Shown: positions 58,485-64,000 of the stretch, in pieces | Numbering within the stretch: the first letter of the stretch is position 1 | How the letters are laid out: each line of letters starts with the position of its first letter | From: a virus | Strand: one strand, 5' to 3' | Virus record (IMG/VR): IMGVR_UViG_3300021425_000006 | Length of the DNA stretch: 64,000 nucleotides | The notes under the pieces: model-generated | The model's database searches: none | Told to the model about the DNA's origin: nothing | The model's input: only the letters and a program-made list of their open reading frames with translations | Program-made: the position numbers and the translations under genes

Positions 58485-58787
58485 GATGAAAGCAAAAACA
58501 GCATTTGTTATCGGAAATGGTGTAAGTAGAAAAGGAATTAACCTTAATCAACTTAAACAACACGGCACAGTCTATGCTTGTAATGCTGTTTATAGAGATT
58601 TTGATCCTGATTACTTAATTGCTGTAGATCCTAAAATGGTTTTTGAAATAAACGAAGCAGGATATCAATATAAACATAATAATGTATGGACAACTAAAAG
58701 TGATCGCACAAAAGACCTGATAGGATTTAATTATTTTAATAAATCATTAGGTTGGAGTAGTGGACCAACAGCATTATGGTTAGCAAG
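58157..58787 (+). repeat. Identical 39-nt direct repeat (58157-58195 and 58749-58787)
   Basis: AGGTTGGAGTAGTGGACCAACAGCATTATGGTTAGCAAG in both paralogues. Confidence 0.9.
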
Positions 58788-59079
58788 CGAACACGATCAT
58801 AACATTATCTATATGATAGGGTTTGATTATATGGGTTTAGGCGCAGGAAAACTATATAATAATGTATATGCTAACACTAAAAACTATATGCAAGAAGGTA
58901 ACAGAGCAACGTATTATCATAATTGGCTTAGACAAACTGAAGAAGTTATAAGAAAAAACCAGCAAATAAACTACTGTAGAGTAATATTACCAGATAATTT
59001 ACAGACTCACAAACTAAATAGTTTTGTCAATTACAATACGATGTTAGTTGACGATTTTCATATAAAAGTGAAGATCTAA
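58486..59079 (+). CDS. Rossmann-like transferase, paralogue 2
   Basis: AFVIGNGVSR, YACNAVYR, SSGPTALWLA, YMIGFDY. Confidence 0.55.
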   Translation: MKAKTAFVIGNGVSRKGINLNQLKQHGTVYACNAVYRDFDPDYLIAVDPKMVFEINEAGYQYKHNNVWTTKSDRTKDLIGFNYFNKSLGWSSGPTALWLASEHDHNIIYMIGFDYMGLGAGKLYNNVYANTKNYMQEGNRATYYHNWLRQTEEVIRKNQQINYCRVILPDNLQTHKLNSFVNYNTMLVDDFHIKVKI

Positions 59080-59192
59080 CCTCTCACATTACAAAAAAGC
59101 TCGTTTTGAGCCTGTTTTAGCACTGATTTTCGTCTATATAGTAAATACTAGTGACAGCCTTACCATAGGTAAACAATTTATAGGAGAAAAAA

Positions 59193-60116
59193 ATGGCAGA
59201 CCAAAACAAGTTTGAAAACATGCTTGAGAAGCTCGTTAACGAAGACAGAGCCGGAGCAGAAGAATTATTCCACGAAATCGTAGTTGAAAAATCAAGAGAC
59301 ATCTACGAATCATTATTAGAAGACGACTTAGCAGAAGTTGAAGAAACAGCTGCAGAAGTTGAAGAATCAGCAGACGACGAAGACGAAGCAGTAGAAGAAG
59401 CTACTGATGAAGAAGTTGATGAAGCGTCAGAAGAAGACGAAGACGTTAAAGAAAACTTTGACTTAGACGAGTTTGAAGTAGAAGCAGATCCAATGGAAGC
59501 AGATCCAGCAGACGACATGATGGGTGACATCGAAGATGCAATGGACGGCGACGAAGAAGGTGAAAGCGACGACGAAGAGATTGAAGACCGTGTTGTTGAT
59601 TTAGAAGACGCATTAGACGATCTTAAATCAGAATTTGAAAAAATGATTGCTGGCGACGAAGGCGCTGGTGATGAAGAAGAATCCGACGACGACGAAGACG
59701 AAGACGACGGTGAAGAAGATGACGATTCAGAAGAAGAGTCATTGAACTTTGAAGCAACTGATGAAGAAGTTGACGAAGCTACTGACGAAGTTGATGAAGC
59801 AGACGAAGAAAAATCTGAAGCTGAAACAATGCGTGAGTATGTTGAAAAAGTTACACACAAGCAAGGTGAGGACAATAAAGCGAAATCACCAGTAGCAAGT
59901 GCTAACGACATGGGCGGAGAAGCTGGAAACATTGCACAAGGCGGTGAAGAAAGTGGACGCACAGCAGAAGCAGCAAAAGAAGAAGACGCAGGCAACGTAA
60001 ATAAGCCAGGCGGAAAAGCTTCTAAATCTTTAAAAGGTGATTCAAAAGGCCATGGCGCTGAGAAAAAGAGCGCAGGCGAAGCTGCAGACAACAAAAAATC
60101 TGTTGTTGGCAAGTAA
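59193..60116 (+). CDS. Highly acidic prohead core protein
   Basis: E/D-rich, repeated EATDEEVDEA, directly upstream of gp21; GTAAATA promoter 59141-59147. Confidence 0.65.
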   Translation: MADQNKFENMLEKLVNEDRAGAEELFHEIVVEKSRDIYESLLEDDLAEVEETAAEVEESADDEDEAVEEATDEEVDEASEEDEDVKENFDLDEFEVEADPMEADPADDMMGDIEDAMDGDEEGESDDEEIEDRVVDLEDALDDLKSEFEKMIAGDEGAGDEEESDDDEDEDDGEEDDDSEEESLNFEATDEEVDEATDEVDEADEEKSEAETMREYVEKVTHKQGEDNKAKSPVASANDMGGEAGNIAQGGEESGRTAEAAKEEDAGNVNKPGGKASKSLKGDSKGHGAEKKSAGEAADNKKSVVGK

Positions 60117-60131
60117 GTTAGGAATATCTGA

Positions 60132-60755
60132 ATGAGAAACCTACGAGAGACATTGACATTCGACCAAGCTAATTTGGTTATTGAGTCTGCTAACGAGGGA
60201 AAAGACCTATACCTTAAAGGTATATGTATACAAGGCGGTGTGCGTAATGCTAACCAACGTGTATATCCTGTAAACGAAATTGGCAGGGCTGTCAAAACTC
60301 TTAATGATCAAATACAAGGAGGATATAGTGTTCTTGGAGAAGTTGATCATCCAGAAGGACTTAATATTAACTTAGATCGTGTATCACATATGATTGAATC
60401 ATGTTGGATGGACGGGAATAATGGTTATGGAAAATTGAAAATATTACCAACCCCAATGGGACAACTAGTTAAAACAATGCTTGAAAGCGGAGTTAAATTA
60501 GGTGTTTCATCTAGGGGTTCGGGTAATGTATCAGAAGACGGGTCCGGTGAAGTATCGGACTTCGAAATAATTACTGTGGACGTTGTGGCTCAGCCTAGCG
60601 CCCCAGGAGCATATCCAACACCAATCTACGAGCATTTAATGAATGCACGTGGAGGAATGGCGGCATATGAACTAGCACAGGCAACAAAACAAGACCCAAA
60701 GGCACAGAAATACTTAAAAGAATCGCTGATTAATATAATCAGTCGACTCCAATAA
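60132..60755 (+). CDS. gp21: Prohead protease
   Basis: NANQRVYP, GEVDHP, LGVSSRGSG, DVVAQPSAPGA. Confidence 0.95.
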   Translation: MRNLRETLTFDQANLVIESANEGKDLYLKGICIQGGVRNANQRVYPVNEIGRAVKTLNDQIQGGYSVLGEVDHPEGLNINLDRVSHMIESCWMDGNNGYGKLKILPTPMGQLVKTMLESGVKLGVSSRGSGNVSEDGSGEVSDFEIITVDVVAQPSAPGAYPTPIYEHLMNARGGMAAYELAQATKQDPKAQKYLKESLINIISRLQ

Positions 60756-60767
60756 AAGGAGATAATT

Positions 60768-61862
60768 ATGTTGGATGCATTAAAAACACTTTTTGAAAAC
60801 GATGTAGTTTCAGAAGATGTGCGTCAGCAAATTCAAGAAGCATGGGACCAGAAGGTGACAGAAAATCGCCAAGAGGTAACAGCAGAACTACGTGAAGAGT
60901 TTGCACAGAAATACGAACACGATAAATCAACTATGGTTGAAGCTATCGATTCGTTAGTAAGTGAAAAACTTGCAGAGGAAATTTCCGAGTTTGCAGAAGA
61001 CCGCAAACAACTAGCAGAAGCAAAAGCAAAATATGCAGTAGCAATGCGTGAAAACGCAGGCCTACTAAAAGAGTTTGTTATTGAACAACTAGGTAAAGAA
61101 GTTTCTGAATTACACGAAGACCAAAAAGCTATGGCTGAAAACTTTAGCAAATTGGAAGAATTTGTCGTCGAGCAACTTGCAAAAGAAATTGCAGAATTTG
61201 CAGAAGATAAAAAAGACTTAGCCGAAACAAAAGTACGATTAGTACGTGAAGCTAAATCACACTTCGCTAAAGTCAAAAAAGACTTTATCGAAAGAAGTGC
61301 AACTAAAGTATCTGAAATTGTTGAATCAACACTTAACAGTGAGATTGGACAACTTAAAGAAGATATTGAAGAAGCACGTAGAAACGACTTCGGTCGTAAG
61401 TTGTTTGAAGCATTCGCTAGCGAATACTCAAATAGCTACCTAAATGAAAAGTCGGAGACTGCTAAACTAATGAAAGTTTTAGATGCTAAAGATCTACAAC
61501 TTGCAGAAGCAAAAGCATTTGCGGCAAAGGCAAAACAATTAGCTGAATCGGTTAATGTTGAAAAACAAAAATTAATTGAATCAGCAGAAAGAGCAACCGT
61601 TCTAAATGAATTGACAGGACCTTTATCGAAAGATCAAAAGGAAATTATGTCAGACTTACTGGAATCAGTTCAAACACCTAAACTACGTTCGGCGTTTGAT
61701 AAGTACTTACCTACTGTTATTGACGGTAATACTCCAGCTAAAAAGAAGGCGCTTACAGAAGGCAAAGAGATAACAGGCAACAGAGAAGAAATGACAACAA
61801 ACAGTAGACAAGCAGAGGACAATAATGTCGTTGACATTCGTCGTCTAGCTGGATTAAATTAA
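60768..61862 (+). CDS. gp22: Prohead scaffolding protein
   Basis: Coiled coil between gp21 and gp23. Confidence 0.8.
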   Translation: MLDALKTLFENDVVSEDVRQQIQEAWDQKVTENRQEVTAELREEFAQKYEHDKSTMVEAIDSLVSEKLAEEISEFAEDRKQLAEAKAKYAVAMRENAGLLKEFVIEQLGKEVSELHEDQKAMAENFSKLEEFVVEQLAKEIAEFAEDKKDLAETKVRLVREAKSHFAKVKKDFIERSATKVSEIVESTLNSEIGQLKEDIEEARRNDFGRKLFEAFASEYSNSYLNEKSETAKLMKVLDAKDLQLAEAKAFAAKAKQLAESVNVEKQKLIESAERATVLNELTGPLSKDQKEIMSDLLESVQTPKLRSAFDKYLPTVIDGNTPAKKKALTEGKEITGNREEMTTNSRQAEDNNVVDIRRLAGLN

Positions 61863-61872
61863 GGAGATAATT

Positions 61873-63048
61873 ATGTCAGAACTACTAGAAAGTCGCTGGC
61901 AGGAAACCAAAGGCGCACTTCTTGAAGGCTTAAACGGCAACAAGAAAAGCGTGATGGCTGCTACACTTGAGAATACTCGTAAGTATTTGTCAGAGAGTGC
62001 AACAGCTGGTGCAAGTTCCGCCGGTAACGTCGCAACCTTAAATCGTGTGATCCTTCCAGTGATCAGACGTGTAATGCCAACCGTTATTGCTAACGAGTTA
62101 GTTGGTGTTCAACCTATGACTGGACCAGTTGGTCAGATCCACACATTGAGAGTACGTTATGCAGATGCAGTAAACTCAACAAATGGAACAGACACAGCAG
62201 CTGGTGATGAGGCTTTAAGCCCATTCAAGATTGCTGAAGCGTATTCAGGTGCTTTAGATGATAAAGCAGCTGCTACATCAGCGTTAGAAGGCTCAGCTGG
62301 TAACAGACTTAGCATTCAAATCTTGAAGCAAACTGTAGAAGCGAAATCCAGAAAGCTATCAGCTCGCTGGACTTTTGAAGCAGCTCAGGATGCACAATCA
62401 CAGCACGGTATTGATGTTGAAGCAGAAATTATGGCTGCATTAGCACAAGAAATTACTGCTGAGATTGACCAAGAAGTAATTGCTAGCCTTTACAGCCTAG
62501 CAGGATCTGCAGAGTCAGATGTTCAATATGATCAAGCAGGTGTTAGCGGAACAGCTACATTTGTTGGTGATGAACATGCAGCTTTAGCAGTGATGATTAA
62601 CAGAGCAGCTAACAAAATTGCTCAGCGTACACGTCGTGGCGCTGGTAACTTTGCTGTTGTTTCACCACACACTTTAACAGTATTACAAAGTGCTACTACT
62701 TCAGCGTTTGCAAGAACAACTGAAGGTTCTTTTGAAGCACCTACAAATACTAAATTAGTTGGTACATTAAACAATGCAATGAAAGTATATGTTAACACAT
62801 ACGCTTCAGACGCAACTGATGTATTAGTTGGTTATAAAGGTTCAAGTGAATCAGACGCAGCTGCATTCTACTGCCCATACATTCCGTTAATGAGCAGTGG
62901 AGTTGTATTAGACCCAGACACATTCGAACCTGTTGTGAGCTTCATGACACGTTACGGATATGTTGAGTTAAACAACACAGCATCATCTCTTGGTAACGCA
63001 GCTGACTACTTGGCACGTGTAAGCGTAGCTAACGTAAGCTTCAGTTAA
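61873..63048 (+). CDS. gp23: Major capsid protein
   Basis: LVGVQPMTGPVGQI, VEAKSRKLSARWTFEAAQD, FYCPYIPL, FMTRYG. Confidence 0.97.
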   Translation: MSELLESRWQETKGALLEGLNGNKKSVMAATLENTRKYLSESATAGASSAGNVATLNRVILPVIRRVMPTVIANELVGVQPMTGPVGQIHTLRVRYADAVNSTNGTDTAAGDEALSPFKIAEAYSGALDDKAAATSALEGSAGNRLSIQILKQTVEAKSRKLSARWTFEAAQDAQSQHGIDVEAEIMAALAQEITAEIDQEVIASLYSLAGSAESDVQYDQAGVSGTATFVGDEHAALAVMINRAANKIAQRTRRGAGNFAVVSPHTLTVLQSATTSAFARTTEGSFEAPTNTKLVGTLNNAMKVYVNTYASDATDVLVGYKGSSESDAAAFYCPYIPLMSSGVVLDPDTFEPVVSFMTRYGYVELNNTASSLGNAADYLARVSVANVSFS

Positions 63049-63071
63049 GTTTTACTAAGCGTAAAAGCATT

Positions 63072-63099
63072 AAAGGGCGGCTTAGGTCGCCCTTTTTTT
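63072..63099 (+). terminator. Intrinsic terminator after gp23
   Basis: AAAGGGCGGC-TTAG-GTCGCCCTTTTTTT. Confidence 0.9.
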
Positions 63100-63189
63100 A
63101 TGACCTTTTAATGATTTTACGTATGACTTTTGCTCAATAATGTGTTTAAATAATAGTGTAGTTTTTATTAACTAACTAGGAGAAAGCAT

Positions 63190-63261
63190 ATGTGGACAAA
63201 ACCTTCATATACAGAAATGCGTTTTGGTTTCGAAGTAACAATGTATGTAATGAACAAGTAA
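63190..63261 (+). CDS. pqqA: PQQ precursor peptide (not in ORF track)
   Basis: MWTKPSYTEMRFGFEVTMYVMNK with MWxKP start and ExxxY core; RBS AGGAG; TTAAATA at 63146-63152. Confidence 0.93.
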   Translation: MWTKPSYTEMRFGFEVTMYVMNK

Positions 63262-63300
63262 AGTACATGCATAGATTGCTAGAAACGCAAGACTGCGAAT

Positions 63301-63320
63301 AACCCGCTTCGGCGGGTTTT
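63301..63320 (+). terminator. Intrinsic terminator after pqqA
   Basis: AACCCGC-TTCG-GCGGGTTTT. Confidence 0.85.
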
Positions 63321-63411
63321 CAATGATAAATATTATTAGAGTAGTCCACTTTAGAGACTCGCATAGGTTCATGCGTTAAAAGAATCGTAGATATCCAAAA
63401 GGAGAAATACG

Positions 63412-63474
63412 ATGACTAAAGAACTAACATTTATATATCGCGGTGTCAAGTATACTAAAACCGTAACAGTATAA
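63412..63474 (+). CDS. 20-aa YRGV peptide, DUF4278-like (not in ORF track)
   Basis: MTKELTFIYRGVKYTKTVTV; RBS AAGGAG; GATAAATA at 63325-63332. Confidence 0.75.
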   Translation: MTKELTFIYRGVKYTKTVTV

Positions 63475-63510
63475 ACCAGTAGACAGGGACGTCTTTTAAA
63501 TAAATAATTA

Positions 63511-63560
63511 TACGTTCATCCATAAGGACGGAAGTAGACAATAATGTCGAAGGAACGCAT
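63511..63560 (+). ncRNA. Glutamine-I riboswitch (glnA RNA motif)
   Basis: P1 CGTTC/GAACG, P2 TCC/GGA, CGGAAGTA...GAAG E-loop strands around P3 GACA/TGTC. Confidence 0.88.
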
Positions 63561-63584
63561 CTTTTAGAAATAGGAGATGTCGAT

Positions 63585-63749
63585 ATGACTAAACTACAAG
63601 CAATGGCATTTAAGCATGCCTTAAAACAAACCCTTAAACATGATAAGCACCCAAGAGTATTAAATTACAATATGCAAAAGCGTCTTGGACTTATTAGTGA
63701 TGCAAGAAAAGAACATAAAAACTTTTTTGTTCCGGATTATTTAAAATAA
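63585..63749 (+). CDS. 54-aa basic protein downstream of glutamine riboswitch (not in ORF track)
   Basis: MTKLQAMAFKHALKQTLKHDKHPRVLNYNMQKRLGLISDARKEHKNFFVPDYLK; RBS AGGAG. Confidence 0.75.
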   Translation: MTKLQAMAFKHALKQTLKHDKHPRVLNYNMQKRLGLISDARKEHKNFFVPDYLK

Positions 63750-63763
63750 ATTGCATAGTCATT

Positions 63764-63803
63764 AAAAAGCTCTGCTAGGAAACTGGTAGAGCTTTTTCTT
63801 TTT
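63764..63803 (+). terminator. Intrinsic terminator
   Basis: AAAAAGCTCTGCTAG-GAAA-CTGGTAGAGCTTTTTCTTTTT. Confidence 0.85.
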
Positions 63804-63816
63804 CATAAATACTTGT

Positions 63817-64000
63817 ATGAAGGACGAATACATTCCTATAATGTATGATATCGTACAAGACACTTCACAAACCACTGGAGTACAACTTCCTGTTGACGTA
63901 GAACATTATATTGTTGCTCTATTAGCTTACCATGTTGACAGGCCAGACTTTTTTCCTAAAACTCTTGCAGAGTCTTATCTAACTATTAACAATTATAGAG
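63817..64000 (+). CDS. Hypothetical protein, 3'-truncated by window edge
   Basis: CATAAATA-N5-ATG; MKDEYIPIMYDIVQDTSQTTGVQLPVDVEHYIVALLA... open to the end. Confidence 0.7.
   Translation, partial: MKDEYIPIMYDIVQDTSQTTGVQLPVDVEHYIVALLAYHVDRPDFFPKTLAESYLTINNYR

Noticed and set aside
59303-60295. Ser-rich 330-aa antisense ORF
   Set aside because: Complement of GAA/GAC codons of the acidic core gene
63267-63302. 11-codon ORF MHRLLETQDCE after pqqA
   Set aside because: No SD and too short to support
63360-63386. Canonical preQ1-I riboswitch
   Set aside because: Loop only 6 nt and downstream gene unrelated to queuosine; kept only as unknown structured leader
1-64000. CRISPR array, tRNA genes, transposase, reverse transcriptase/DGR, alternative genetic code
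   Set aside because: No spaced repeats, cloverleafs or such motifs seen by eye; genes read intact in the standard code with all three stop codons used

Overview
A 64-kb, AT-rich segment of a large T4-like (myovirus) bacteriophage genome, probably marine. Left to right: (1) an early, sigma70-driven accessory/DNA-metabolism block (phosphoribosyltransferase, HIT protein, folE, queE, T4-type RNase H, MoxR-like AAA ATPase plus metallopeptidase-VWA partner, hypotheticals); (2) a fibre gene and a minus-strand tail/baseplate module (three paralogous fibres, a 5575-aa wedge protein, gp6, gp25, gp5 with a GH19 domain, hub, gp53-like, tube initiator); (3) late sigma gp55, gp47/gp46 and a short GIY-YIG protein followed by about 450 nt of highly pairable non-coding sequence; (4) a tail chaperone with a likely -1 frameshift, divergent from the tape measure gene; (5) the head module gp20-gp21-gp22-gp23; (6) a post-capsid island of peptide cassettes missed by the ORF track: pqqA, a YRGV peptide, and a glutamine-I riboswitch with a basic peptide. 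The best candidates for undescribed biology are the GIY-YIG plus large structured RNA unit, the late-expressed pqqA/riboswitch peptide island, a minimal pseudoknot over the folE ribosome-binding site, and the gp26-like frameshift. All family calls are from recognised motifs and gene order; no database search or folding program was run.
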